A DNA stretch of 64,000 bases, taken from Eledone cirrhosa (lineage: Eukaryota). A program made the translations under genes and the position numbers. Below the pieces are notes generated by a model, which searched no databases, had not been told where the DNA came from, and was given only the letters and a program-made list of their open reading frames with translations. Below, piece after piece: positions 40,086 through 54,402 of the stretch; the first letter of the stretch is position 1, and the number at the start of each line of letters is the position of its first letter. The stretch is from NCBI GenBank assembly GCA_964016885.1, contig OZ024743.1:264368001-264432000 (forward strand), in the 5' to 3' direction.

Positions 40086-43000
40086 TTTAAATGTCAGAGT
40101 ATGAATTAAGTAAGGGTTGCAAGATTTCTATTCCAAGCAGGGGGAAGAAACAATATTGAGACTCAATATTGAGATGCAATATTGCATCAGAGTAATTGGA
40201 AATATAATACATATATATTTTAGATTTGAATCTAGACATATATGTTTATCTATCTACGAATATGATCCACTGATTCCCCGGTTACATATTATACATTTAG
40301 TCATTATACAAATAAAAAAAAATTAAAACGTAAATAGGGAATAAATGGATTTCTGTACATTAGTTGCATTAGACGAAAGTTTTGACCGTCTTTCATTATC
40401 CATCTCCTGATTACCCACCTCTTTTTATATTTGATGAGCGCGCTGGAGATTTCATAATGGGTAAGTATATTATAAATTACATGTTTGTTAACACTATCGA
40501 CAGATTTGTTGATGATGATGAAATCAGGAATTAAAGGAGCTTACGACCGCTCGTTGACGATCCGAGGTGTAAAGCTATGTTCAATACATAAGGTATTCTC
40601 CCTAAATACTGCTTCCGCTCACATTTACACTTCCTGTGTTCTGAGAGAAGCATGATAACACACAAGGTTGTGCACTCATTAAGATCCCAATTTGTTTTTG
40701 TAAATTTAACCAAATTAAATTTCTCCAGCTTTTTGAATATTTCTACTTTCTCTCATATACTCTGTAGTAAGGGGCTAGCAGATTGCTGGAGATGTCAATA
40801 TTTTTCATGATTCTGGTTGCGGACGGATCTCTCTTTACTTGATACTTTTTTATATTTTGAAAATTGTGAGTACCGAAGACTTTTGGAACAAATCTAAGCA
40901 AAATCCACCAGCCAACGAATAGCAAAACGTATGCGGGGATTTGTACGCAACATTATAAGTAGACTAAAAGGATATTTAGTAAGGCAAATTTTAGGTGGGA
41001 ATGAGAGCAGAACCATGTTTCAGAGCGCGGAAGAATCATCGGATGTAGAGGCATTGAAATTTACTGGGATAACATAAAACATATCAAAGAGATATGCATA
41101 GGACAGAAGACGTTAGCATACCGCTCTGTGGACATTATGTACCACTGTAAATTCAAACTTTAAGCTCACTTTATCAACATTCATAGAGCATTATGGTGGT
41201 AAATGGATATTTATTCACCTTGCATTCCTTTACTAGTTATCGATTTCCACACTACTTTGATGCGATCAACTCAAATGCTTGCACGAGTTAATATGGTGAA
41301 TCTACATCGTTCCTTTGAGGAGGTGTGTGGAAAATAAGTATTGAGGTGAGAAATTGAGATATATAAGCAACCGACCACTTAAAATCAAAGTGTATATTTT
41401 GGAAAATAAAACCTCATATACTTCTCTTTATTTAAATTACAACGTTTGCATCTTTCAATGACTTTGTGGTTTTAATGCCCATTGGAAAACCTGATGTGTT
41501 TATGTTTATTACGGGCGAAAAGTTTGTGGGAAATAGTGTAGCTGTTATTGATACTAAAATCTGGTTCAATATTTCAGAACCGTTGTGTTCTCTAGCATTC
41601 AATTAAATTTATATTCTGTATGGTTTTCTATTATATATTTATTTATCGTTTTTATTTATTTATTTTTTCACTTATTTATTTATTTTGTAACCATGAAAAT
41701 GTCAGTGGTGCAAACACAATGCAATAAAACTCCATGTGGCATGTTTTATGTAATCGTATTCTTTAAGTTTTAATAGAAGACTTTCAAAACGTATTGTTTC
41801 ACGCTCCGATTTTTCTCAGATGTTATTTTTATTTTTGAGATACTTAGGAAAGGTGGGGAAAATAATAATAGAACTCAATTTCTAACCATTCACTTCTTGA
41901 ATAAAAATGTATTTTTTATTTCTGATTTTGGTTTTCCGTCTTCTGTAGTTTCACTGGAATCTGAAATAATTCTATCAGATTATGATTATATATGATACTG
42001 CCAAATTAATTCGACGAATCAATGGTATTTGGAAAATAAAATAGATAAATGAAATATATAAAATCAGAAAATAAAGAGACAAGCCCTCTTAGATCGTAAA
42101 TTCTAGTATAATCGATACTACAAAATATAAATATAATTGCTTTCTGCTATGCCTTATGTATTGAAATACACATAATATTTTATCAATTCTAAATCTTTAA
42201 TTGGAAAGTATATATATTTCTCGCTTGTAAATAAAATTGAAGAATCAAATAGCTAAACATATATTGATTTTTCTTATTAAATTCATGCAAACCAAATCCT
42301 TAAATCGATTGTACGAAATGTTAAATATTTATTTAGTTGGATTTACTTGTGTTTTTTGGTGAAACGTAATCTAAAATATATTGCAACATTCTCATTAAAA
42401 GATTTGTGACATCATCATTGTAGATATAAATGTTGCCACTTTAGTGAAAGAGAAAATAACATATTCATGAATCGAAAATATTTAGTCAAGGAGGTAGCGC
42501 CTACTCGGAAAATTGGCCAGATAAAAATAGCAGCTAAGTCAACCATAAATAACAGTCTACTATTGTATGGAATGAGAAAATATGTTGAATAATAGAGTCT
42601 AGTCTTGGATTGCTTTAAAAGTACCGCATATTCAATGCTAGAATGTTTATTTATTATATTATTCTGATGCAACGTGGACCTAGGTTTAAACAATACCCCT
42701 ACCACCACCACAAACAACAACATATAGCAATTAATATATAACACAATCGTTACTGGTGAGAGGAAGGTTTCCTTAGACCAGATACCTAACCTGAATGTCG
42801 GCAACACAGTTAAATTTACTAAAGGTGAACAATGGCCATGCGTGATCTCAAAATCTAGTGATGAATTAAGTTTGCCACTTCAAAATAGGAAAGGTAATCC
42901 TTCCACGGCTGGCTTCCATGCAATTTCTCTACAACAAATTAAAAATTGTTGCCTGTATCAATTTTGATTAAATCCTTATGATCACATAATTCATAATTAT

Positions 43001-43722
43001 GCTGCAACATTTGTGTATGCCAAGTGAAAGTATATTGTAAGATATATCTCGAGACTCATTGCGTCTTTTCTTCGTAATCATAACGTTGATTAATATTTAT
43101 TATGGTCTAGTAATGTATATTTCTATTATTAAATTATTAAATATCACAATTCTAATACAATGCATAACTGTATGAAACCTACATTTGCTATGAATGAATG
43201 ATGATATATATATATAGAGAATGCTTTTACCTTCAATAAATAAATATTTTTGTCTCCAAAGCAACAATTATATCGAATATGAATGGATTTCTCATCATGC
43301 GTGATAATTTAATTATTCTATTAATTGAATTTCTACTCGAAGAATTAACGAGTAAGCGAATAAGTATTCCAGAGATATGCATACTTTTAGTAGATCGTTC
43401 TGATTACAGGTACAACACACACATGAACACACATATACATACACTATATATATATATATAAATGGAAAACAATGAAACGAAATTTCATTTCTCACTCTTA
43501 GTACGGCTGGTACTTAAATGTAAGTATGTATGTATACGTACATACATATATGTATACAGACATAGAGTAGTATGTATATATATATATACATACATGCACA
43601 CATATATATATGTACGTATGGGTTTACCGAACATTTATTATAACGGTAAACAAACAGCCCGAATTACGCTGTACAGTGTTCAGGCAAGGATCGTCACCTT
43701 TTTGTTCAACACTGACACAGGA

Positions 43723-43765
43723 ATGATGTACTAGTTTCAAGCTTATTAGCTATCGTCAGCATCAT
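43723..43765 (-). ncRNA. Intact minimal type I hammerhead ribozyme
   Basis: Minus strand: ATGATG-CTGACGA-t-AGCT-aata-AGCT-t-GAAA-CTAG-TA^CATCAT. 6-bp stem I, full core, palindromic stem III, GUA site. Confidence 0.85.
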
Positions 43766-44207
43766 ATACCTTTCTGTCAGATGTTTGAACGTCTGAAAGT
43801 ATATATTTTCCTTATGCATATTAACGGCTGAGCAGCCTAATTTGCATATCAAGTGTGTTATATTGTACGGCGTAATTCGGGCTGTTTGCTTACAAACAAA
43901 CCGAGCATTATAATAAATGTTCGGTAAACCCGAACATATATATATATATGTGTGCATGTATGTATATATATACATACTACTGTACGTATGTATACATATA
44001 TGTATGTATGTATACATACATACTTACATTTAAGTAAGTGCCGTACTAAGAGTGAGAAATGAAATTTCGTTTCATTCTTTTCCATTTATCTATTTCGGTG
44101 CGCCCGGCCAACTAACTCACTCGATATGCAAACTAGGCTGCTCAGCCGTTAATATGCATAAGGAAAGTATATACTTTCAGACGTTCAACCATCTGACAGA
44201 AAGGTAT

Positions 44208-44250
44208 ACGGTGCTGGCGATAGCTAATAAGCTTGAAACTAGTACATCGT
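44208..44250 (+). ncRNA. Hammerhead ribozyme, second copy (core A6>G)
   Basis: ACGGTG-CTGGCGA-t-AGCT-aata-AGCT-t-GAAA-CTAG-TA^CATCGT. Stem I is kept by a compensatory change. Confidence 0.7.
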
Positions 44251-44571
44251 TCCTGTGTCAGTGTTGAACAAAAGCTGACGATGGTTGCCTGAAAACTGTA
44301 CGGCGTAATTCGGGCTGTTTGTTTATAAACAAACCGAACATTCTAATAAATGTTCGGTAAACCCATACGTACATATATATATGTGTGCATGTATGTATAT
44401 ATATGCATACTACTGTACGTCTGTATACATATATATATATATGTACGTATACATACATATTTACATGTACATACATATAATGTGGGTAATATTAAATACT
44501 ATCCAATTACAAGTGTGAGAATAGCTCAATGTAAAATAACAAGTATATGACAGAGCTGAAATACTTGTATG

Positions 44572-44610
<39 letters not shown>

Positions 44611-46114
44611 ATTATTTATACAGTATACAAGTGCTAGGTTACCCACACTGAATGAATAAAGGCAAAGCTAACACCAGCTGGATTTGAACTCACATCAAAA
44701 GCTGAAGGAAATAACGCAACTTATTCTTCCGATCCTCTCTCATTTGTATGTGTCGACCAGATGATATTCATATATATGCTTCATAAAATATAGATCGAAG
44801 CAAACAAATTATTTCTGTTGGTTATGCAACATATATGTAGAAATGATTTATTTAATCGAGAAATGCACAAGAAATGGGCATTGTATCAACTGCAAAACCA
44901 TTTACTTAATTTCAGATAAGTGTATTTCTCGCACAAGCTGTTATTACTGTAAAATAAAACTTCCTAAACACTCTCAAGACGAAATGTAGTCACGTTACAG
45001 TACTAGTGGTAAATATGTTTCAACAAGTAAGTAAAATTAAGTTTGATCATTCCAAAACAAATGTTGACCAAAGCCAGCCCACTATCGCAAAGCAAAGCCG
45101 AATCACTGAATCGATTATTATAAGAAATTCTAAACTCGTATGTCAATTGGAATTCAATTTCATTCAAATAACAGGTTTCTCTGAGTGAAGTATCATGTTT
45201 AGGAGCACAGGTCAGAAACATTTTTCAAAGAAGTTATAAATTCATACTTTCAAGTCGGGATAATTCATAGAAAAGCTTGTTTAAGCCCGTTGAACAGCGG
45301 AACGATGTAAGCCACGGAATATTTCAAGTGTTCCTCTACATGTGTATGACTTTACTTCTCAGTTATAAGAGGAATTTAAAGAGAAATTCAGTTAGTAATT
45401 TTCGAAAAAACGCTATTAAATGCAAACCTGGGAATGAGACCATTAGCATTAGTATTTAGTACACGCCAAGGACATATAAGATATACAATAACGTCTTCTG
45501 ACAGCTAGATTGTGTAATTCAAGTAACATGACATTAAGTGATAGTCGTAAATGCTATTTCGCGTGATTGCTTTCAATTTGTGAAACAGTCAACATTCCTT
45601 TTATTTCAAACTAAGGATTTGTTCCAATCAAATTAGGGGAAATAATTTAGCATTAGATTTTTAGCGTATGTTTCATGGATTCAAACATAAAATTATAATT
45701 AATTCACAGCATTGTAATTGACAAATGTAAACGAATATAAATTACACAATATTCCTTGTAGAAACGTTTAGCTTTCTCCGTATGTGTTATGGTATTATGT
45801 AAGATTGTCTGCTTGCTGTATAGTAATGAAACACACAGTTACATTCTCCCATTGGAAATAGAGAAGAAACCTAAAGATCAATATTTGGTGTCAAATACCC
45901 ACATAAGGTATGAAAAACAATCATGTACTCAACTCCAAATAATACAAATAGTATATAGACATTTGGTATCTTATTACAAAGGAGGTTTGTAATGAAAAAC
46001 ATGAAAAGATCTTACAGTAGAATTCCACTTCCAAATGAAAAGTAGCAAAGTTTCAGTAACAAATTATTATTAAAAAAATCCTGCCGGAAATGTTTCTCAA
46101 TATATTGACACGTG

Positions 46115-46290
46115 CCCAACATTTTGAGGGCATAGCAAGGTATATTATATAAACCCCAGGGCTTCATTTATTTTATCGAGCCTGGAAAGGTGAAATGCTA
46201 AATTAGCCTCGGCAGAATATGAAACCAAAATATTGACGACTATAAGTAAAGCATTTTATCCGACGCACTAATGATTCTGCGAATCCACTA
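46115..46290 (-). mobile_element. Diverged tRNA-derived SINE
   Basis: ttttatcga..cctggaaaggtgaaa..cctcggcagaatatgaa matches the reverse complement of the SINE core. Confidence 0.55.
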
Positions 46291-48585
46291 TCATTCAATC
46301 CAATAAGGTTTATAATTTTAACACAATGCCTGCAATTGTTAGAGAGAGGTCAGTCAATTATAATGACTCCTTTAAAGAGCAAGTACAAATGCCGGAAACC
46401 ATTTCCTCCGATGTTTTACTGGTTCTGCCAGTCCAACTCCGTGTCTAATGAATTCTACTTTAGACACAAGGTCAACAATTTGAGACTGAGGGGAAGTGGT
46501 TTATGTTGACCACAATACTTGACTAGTACGATACCAGAAGAATGTAAGGCAAAATTTGCCTCGCTGAAATTTGAACAGAGAACATTAAGAAATGGAACAA
46601 GGAATTTTCTCATATCATTATCGACTCTGCTATTCCACTGCCCTTTCAGTCCAGGAATAAACAAAAATACAATAAAAACAACATATCTCAGAAGAAATAG
46701 AAATATCTAATAATATATCAGTTATCAAACTGTCAGTACTTGAGGTGTTTGTCGAGTTGTACATCATAAAATAAAATATTAATTACAATTCGTTAAAAAA
46801 AGATATATAGTCGGCAATAAATAAAAAAATGTATTCTTCTCAGTTTTCTGTTATATATTCGTATGCTTTTCAGATACAATGTAGGAGTAATTTAGAGTAT
46901 ATGTTTATTTTTACAATGCCCTGATCTAATGATTTTAATGCATTTTATTGTGAAATGGACACTGAGATTGTTAATGTAAAAATGAAAACATTTAAATTAA
47001 AATTACAAAGTTATTGACACTAAAAATCATTATTTGAATGATTAATAATAGGCATGACTGGCAACAGGGGCCACAGCACAGTATTTAGATTATATTAACA
47101 TTAATTAAATGTAGAATTCAGTGGTGTTTTTCATCTTTAGCAATACAGTGACAACACCGAGTATGCTGCATTGTTATACTACCTAACCAGTATCGAATAC
47201 TTTTACAAATCACTATTAAATCATAGAATGACTGGTGAGTTATATAATTCTTTTTGTGTGTATGAAATGACGCTATGAGTGGTGTGAGAACATAAATGAA
47301 TGAGGATCGGATTTTTGTTTTCGATATTGATAAAGGGAATATGGGAAATGGAATTTTAATCACAGACGTGGAAAATTGATAGTAACGTTTATAATTGGTA
47401 ATAATTTTACCAATTACTATCGGTTTTAAAATGATTGAGGTCCAACAAAAAGTGTTAACTCGGACTCTTATTAGATGCTCAAAAAGTTGGCAGATAGGGT
47501 TCTTCTTAAGTTATTTAAAATATTTTCTTGAATATAACTAAGTGGTCGCCATTTGTAGAGACGTTCATGCTTTCAGTTTAGTAGCGTAATTATAAAACCG
47601 GGAAGGATAGTTCACATATTGTAGTAATAATATTAAAGTGTACTCACTACTCTTTTGACTTGGCTCACATCCAATAGAAATGTAATATTTATCGAACACA
47701 AAATCTCTCTCGTCCAAATGTCTTTATTCAATCAAGTTCTACGTTTTGTTCTTACAGCTAATATCCATAATAAAACACATATATATCCCACCCTAATCTC
47801 TTAGTCATACATAAAGACAGCATTTTCTTTACCCAGTATGTCTTTGCAATTTTTTTTTTTTTTTTTTTACTGAAAATGTGCCAAATTTGCTTATCTTGGA
47901 AAATGGCATGTATGTGTAGATATTCACAACCAACGCGCGTATGTGTGTGTCGGAAGTGCGTGTTGTAATGATTTGAATACTGAACTGTAGATCATATGAT
48001 AGTGGGTTTGATTGTTGGACCGGATTGTGTACTATATTCTTGAAGAAGACGCTTTAATTTCACATTGTATTCATGAGAGTGCCTCTAATAACAAAACAAT
48101 GTCCGAGAAACCTCATATGCTATGCAAAATCATCGGTGGTGGCAGACAAACTTGCATATATAAAATTGTTGATGCACAAAAACCGCGATGACTACCAATG
48201 CATGATAAGCTGCAGAGCTGATATAGAAATTTGTACAATCCCAAATCCCAACGAAAGGCAGCGCAGTTTCAAGTGGCAGGCAAGCTGGTTGGCTTGGAAT
48301 TTCAAATCAGCAAGCTCAAATGGAATGGGTTCTCTGTTGGGAGGTTAATAATTAGCTAACACCAATATGTGCTCACACAATAATACATATCCCACACGAG
48401 CATACATACACACAGGCGCATACAAGTAGATGAATACAGTATACAAGAGAGAATTTATTCCAGCCATGTGAAGCTAGAACACAAGATTCTACGGGAACTG
48501 TTATTCAACGATGAACATTGTAAGGTGGGTGGTTAATAGCTATCACTATGGAAGCGTCGTGGGAGTACGACATTATCTGAGCTTA

Positions 48586-48634
<49 letters not shown>

Positions 48635-50813
48635 GGTGGTGGTAGTAGTAGTATTATTATTAGTAGTAGTAGTGGTGAGTAGTAGTAGTAGTAGTAGTAA
48701 TAGGATAATACACAACATTCATTGCCATGGTCCACGCTTAAAACTGCACACACGCGCGTGGGAGGATTTTTTCGAGTGGTTGTTATTTATGCAACACGGA
48801 AGCCTTAGAAATAGTCGACTGGGGGCCCTACATAATCAATAGGCGTTCCGATTCCTTTAGCCTATAGAGACACAGTATCAAAAAACCTCTTAAAACTCTT
48901 TTGTTAGTCTTTGCTTTTGATAACCACCTCTCACATCAACGTAAACACTTCCCACATATTACATTCCAATATTACGTCCATGTGTAGGTACACTAGTTAA
49001 TATATCTAAAGGAGTGTTGCACTCTCCATTTTCCCTAGCGAAACACCACACTTAATACCTATTAGCCCTCCATCTTGCATAACCGAACCCCTAGCATATA
49101 ACGTTTTATCTTCGCCTTTACTTCAGACAGGAAATATTTTCATTTCTTTATTCGTCTACATTTATGTGTGCAGAACCGTGTATATTCTAATATGTGTGTG
49201 CCAGCGTATGTGGGTTGTGTCTGTCAGCGTGACTGATTTGTCGTTCACAAGCAAAGTAGATAATAAGAATCAGCTAGTATAAATTGTATGTTTTGCAGCA
49301 CAATGAAGAGGCAGTAAAGAAAGACCAACACATGAACAGACTGGGAAACCTTTAAAACACTGACCTACTTTAACATACAACCACTACAGTAGCTCCCACT
49401 CCATATATACAAGCCACTGTATCCCTGAATGGTCAGCATCCTTTCGAACGGTAGGCATATTACCCCCCCCCCCCCAAAAAAAAAATACACTGTTTACATG
49501 TTTAGCAGCTGTCTGACGATAATGTATAAATAACTATTACGTAAGGTCATTTTTAATGTCTTTGAAATATACACATGTGTGACGTTTGCCAATAAAACAG
49601 AGTGAATATCTAAACCCATCTCGTACCTTCTTTATATATATATATATATATAAATCTCTTTCTGTGTCTATATATATATATATAGAGAGAGAGAGGGTGG
49701 AGATAGAATATATGAGTGCGTATGCACATACACATTGTATAATTAAGAAAACGAGAAAAATATAAATAGAGAGAGAGTCAATTATAGTCCAAATCTTTAA
49801 TTCAATATAGACTAACGATATGAATGGTGATTTGATTATTATTATTCAACAAAAACCGGTAAAGTTTAGAGAAGGAAAACACAGGGAAAAACAGACACAC
49901 TTTAAAAAAAAATTAAGTAGAATTCTAGAAGCTCAGCTCGCCTTACCTTATCTAATTTGACATGACGTCTTTAAGAACGTATGCTTACATCGCTAATTAA
50001 TTATAGAACTCATTTGTCAAATAACTAGAAGCAACACCTTATCAATTTACCATTTCTATTAACAGGTGCTCTGATAGTATTATAAAACTAACTACTTTCT
50101 TTGGCTTCGTCCTTTTCATGTCCAGTTGTGACTGGCATCATCAAATAAGGAAGCCTATCAAGTTTGCCATTGTCTTCATATCATTAAAGATCAGATATTA
50201 CTTCATAGCGAATTAATGATTAGACTTTCTCAATGAAACTTGAACTGCTGATAATGATAAGAGCTGATCTGATTGGATTAAAGTTTCGAAATCTGATATT
50301 GAAGATATTGGAGAGAAATCTTATTTCAGTCCTTACGTATGCATATCGCGTTATCTCCACCACCCCCACCCCCACCACCACCACCACCACCTCTTCTTCT
50401 TCTTCTTCTTCTTCTTCTTCTTCTTCTTCCGTCGCTGCAAATGATGTTGATCCATATTATCATCTTAAACACCATCAACATGGTCATTGTAACAAGCGTA
50501 CAGAAATGTGATCATACAATAGTCATAAATTACTTGGTCGTTATACTACTTTCTCATCACCAACAGCATGTGTTCCGACTCATGGCACTTTGTGTTCAAA
50601 TTCCGACGAGTTTAAATTTCCCTACAATCCGTTCAATATATCTCTCACTTTCTCTATGAATCTTTCTCAAACTTTCTCATGTCTATCTATCAATCTATAT
50701 GTCTATCTGCCTATCTAAATATTATAAGTTTAACTACGTTTCATGAATTTCAATGATAGTTTTAAAAAAGCGCAAGTATAAGCTTACTTTCTAATATTCC
50801 AACCAACTAACCT

Positions 50814-50869
<56 letters not shown>

Positions 50870-50872
<3 letters not shown>

Positions 50873-53700
50873 CGACCTCATGAACATGATAAGCGGAACC
50901 AAGTTTAAAAAATGTACAGGTTACAACAAACTGCAAAACGACATCAATGCACTGTTGAAAAATCTACGCAGCACTAACGGAATTATTGTAAAAGCGGACA
51001 AAACATCATGAGCCTTAACACACACAATAACCTTATATGCCGTGAACTACAGAAAAAAATACAGGAAAATTAACGAATCTATATACATGGAAATTAATAA
51101 GGAAGGACTTAGCATCGTAAAAAAACTGAAAATATCTTATAGAATCGAGCATCTAACCCCTTGTAACCCCCCACATTTAACCTAAAAGATCGTAAAAATA
51201 GTTTCGAAACAAACCTTACAATTAGAGTAATATGCCTATCCAAGTTAGATATATGCAGAATTAGCAAGTATATACTAGATAGAGTAATAGAGCAGATCAA
51301 GGACAAACTAGAAATTAAGCTATGGGGTAACATTAATGATGCAATAGATTTGTTTAACAAAATAGACAGTAGGGAAGTATCCAACTTCATACAGTTCGAT
51401 ATCAACGACTAATACTCTTCCATCTCCCCAGTCATCCTAAATAAAGCGCTCGACTTTACCCTGAAAAATGCAGACCTAACCTCTGATGAAATTAGAATAA
51501 TACTAGCTGCTTGGAGAACTATCATTAGATCCGAAAATAGTTACTGGGAACGAAACAACAGACAGAATAGCTTCAATATTACAATGGGATATAGCGACTC
51601 AGCACAAGTAACAGACATAGTTGGAATATATATAGCGCATAACTTACATAAGGAATTTAGTAACCTCCAAGGAGGAATTTATAGCTAAAAACAGGAATAA
51701 TCAAAGCATGGAAAAATTACGGAAAAACATTAGAGTTTTTTTCAATAGAATACGCCTATGTATCACTTTTGAATGTAACTCTAAAAAAGCAAACTTCTTA
51801 AATGTAACACTCATTCTAAACACATGACTAATAGAGCCTTTCCATAAAACTAACGAGAATCTAGCCTACATTAGTTATAATTCAAACCACCCACGCTCCA
51901 TAATTAACTCGATAGCACATAGTATATCCCTCAGAATATCCCGCCTATCTTCTAACCTAGAGATTTTTAATGAATATGCAAACTACTATAACATAGCTTT
52001 ACATAAGGCAGGCTAAAAGGAGGGGCTCGAATACATACCAGATAGAGACAGCAAAAACAAACCTAACGACAACTACACTACCCACACCTATAGGAATAAC
52101 AAATATAGAACTAAACATGGAAATAGGCAACGAACACGATAAATCGCCGAACCGAACACTAATACAGGGACCCATAGAAACTCCAGAAAATCCAGAGATA
52201 GGAAATATTTATGGTTCAACCCAATCTTCAACTCTTCTATAAAACCAAGGCCTCTAAATATAACTGCCACCTGCCGGATAAATGCCCTCTACAAATAGAT
52301 GCCGAGAATCAAGTATAGTGTACCTGCGTACTATCAAATCAGGCAACCTACCATGGCACTACATAGGTTCTACAGCTAGCGATTTCATAAAAAGATGGTA
52401 TGTGCATATGCATTTTATAAAATATCGTAGACTAGAGAACTCAATGACGCTGGCCAATAAGATCTGGCAGCTTAAGGGTATCAACCAAGAATACGAGATT
52501 AGCTGGTCGAAGTGATCGAGTGCAAGGGCCTACAAAAATGGAATGTACCACTGCGGACTTTGCAAAATAGATCTGCTCCATATTTTAAAGTATGATAAAA
52601 TGCTGCTTAACAACAAGATAGAACGATCAATTTCTGTAGGTACCAAGTTCTCTAATTTTAAACCACAACCGGCATGACTCGATCCAGAAATCTCGAAATT
52701 CAGTCAGAACCACCCGGGTTTTAATGTACTAGCTTCACACCACTCCACTGTTATTAGCTGTCAACCGACCAACCGATCAATAAATCAACATCATGAATCT
52801 CCCAACTTTTTTTCACTCTCTCTCTATTGCCGCATCACCTCCATTAAGATAAAACGATCACTCTACCAGACCTTAATCACCCATATATCTTCACTGCCCC
52901 TTTCACGTTTTATTCTCTATCTATCTATCTAGTCCTTCCCCGTCCTTAGTCCTACCCTTTATGTCTCAACCTTGAATCCTTATCCTCACTCTCTGTCTCC
53001 TGTTCCTTATCTCTTTCTCTCTTATTTCTTATTTTTTATTTTATTTTAATCCTCTGAGATTTTATTGTACTTCTTGCATTTTTATAAACTCTGTATATTA
53101 CATATCATGTATTTCGTATTTCTTTCCATGTTTTTGTTATCTGTATTGTGATCACTATTTTACACACCCACTTACTCACCATTATAACTTCAACTACCAC
53201 CACAACTACTACTATTATCAGCAACCGTATTTTGTACTTATTTTTTACTTATTTTTTACATCTTTATCATTTTCATTTTTACTTCTTTATTACTATCTTT
53301 TATTATTGATGTTATTGTTTTCATTCACTTGATTCTCCGATGTACTATAAATACCAATACCATGTGTTACACCCTCCAGTATTCCGATGATTTGATCAGA
53401 GACACACACTGTATTTAAGGTCGAGTGACGAAACTTTGAGTGATTAGCGGCCTTTAGACTCACCTGATCAATGAAACAATTGTTAATACTGTAAATAAAA
53501 CCCTTTTTGTACAGCCGACCATGTTATTCTTCACTCTTTCTATTACTCCAAGAATGACCTGCAAGGGAATTCTCGCCGCAAACTCGCTACCTAACTATGG
53601 AAACCTCTTGATGAGTCAAACAACGCCGTACGTTAAAACTATCCATAGTACAGAGTACTCACAACCTCTAACTGGATTACCTAAAACGATAACTTGTTAT
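50870..53700 (+). mobile_element. Degenerate Naiad-type Penelope-like element (RT, GIY-YIG and pLTR)
   Basis: IIVKADKTS, FNLKDRKNSF, FIQFDIND*YSSI, FNITMGYSDSAQVTDIVGIYI, KYLWFNPIF, HYIGSTASDFIKRW. The catalytic DD region appears deleted. Bounded by (TA)n. Confidence 0.85.
53377..53491 (+). ncRNA. Type I hammerhead with a long stem II insertion (core U4>C)
   Basis: CAGTATT-CCGATGA-t-TTGATCAG-(64 nt)-CTGATCAA-t-GAAA-CAATTG-TT^AATACTG. Confidence 0.7.
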
Positions 53701-54402
53701 CCCAGATATATATATATATACATATATGTATATATATATATGTATGTGTGTGTATGTGCGTGTGCGTGTGCTATGCGTCCACGTGTGTGTCTTCTACACA
53801 TCCGTTACTGGTGCCATGCCGAAGTACCTCCTTCGGCATATTCTCTCCCCTATTACTATGTGGCGCTTCGTTGCCTCATATCTCTAGAGGAGATTGGACA
53901 TAACCGTTGCTTTAAATAGCCTCGCTTCTATTCATTTCTTAATTGGAGATAGCAAGACCTTCGATAGGGAGTTGCTAACTCCCATACCTTGTTTATTCTG
54001 GTGACCACATCGTGTTCTGTGTTCATGTAATTTGCCAAGGTAATGCAAAACAAATCGATCAGTAGTCTTTCATTAAAAGTATATTAACAATCTCAAATTG
54101 ATAGTATTGATATATCGTTAATGGATTTCACCTGAACTGTGTTGTTACCAATATCCGCAAAGAGTATGCAGGCTTGCGTTAGCCTGTTTTTAAATTTCCC
54201 ACATTTGCCGTAGGTACTACTTCAGAGATATATAAATATACATCAGTCTAATTTTTGTAATTAATAATAGAGTGATGTACTCACCAATTGATAATATATT
54301 ATAAGTAAATTACAAAATAGATGCATTGCGAATTGTGACATTTTACACGAGTGGAGACCGAACAAGTATATATGGAATTTACACAGGCAATGGTTTAGCT
54401 AG

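Larger units (their letters stand above)
43460..44468. mobile_element. Non-coding hammerhead-bearing ~433-nt repeat (retrozyme-like): one minus copy (43460-43860) and ~1.4 tandem plus copies (43863-44468)
   Basis: tgtacggcgtaattcggg recurs at 43864 and 44297. Hammerheads at 43723-43765 (-) and 44208-44250 (+). No coding motif. Confidence 0.7.

Noticed and set aside
44272-44305. Second tandem hammerhead CTGACGA-tggttgcct-GAAA-actg-TA
   Set aside because: Stems I and III do not pair, and the other copy (43675-43700, minus) has lost both the core and GAAA.
42780-45190. Short peptides resembling a gag motif (HGSQPWKDYLSYFEV, ~42870-42925 minus) and a membrane protein (IRLCFAIVGWLWSTF, ~45060-45110 minus)
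   Set aside because: Both are short, closed by stops, and lack supporting neighbouring exons or element structure.
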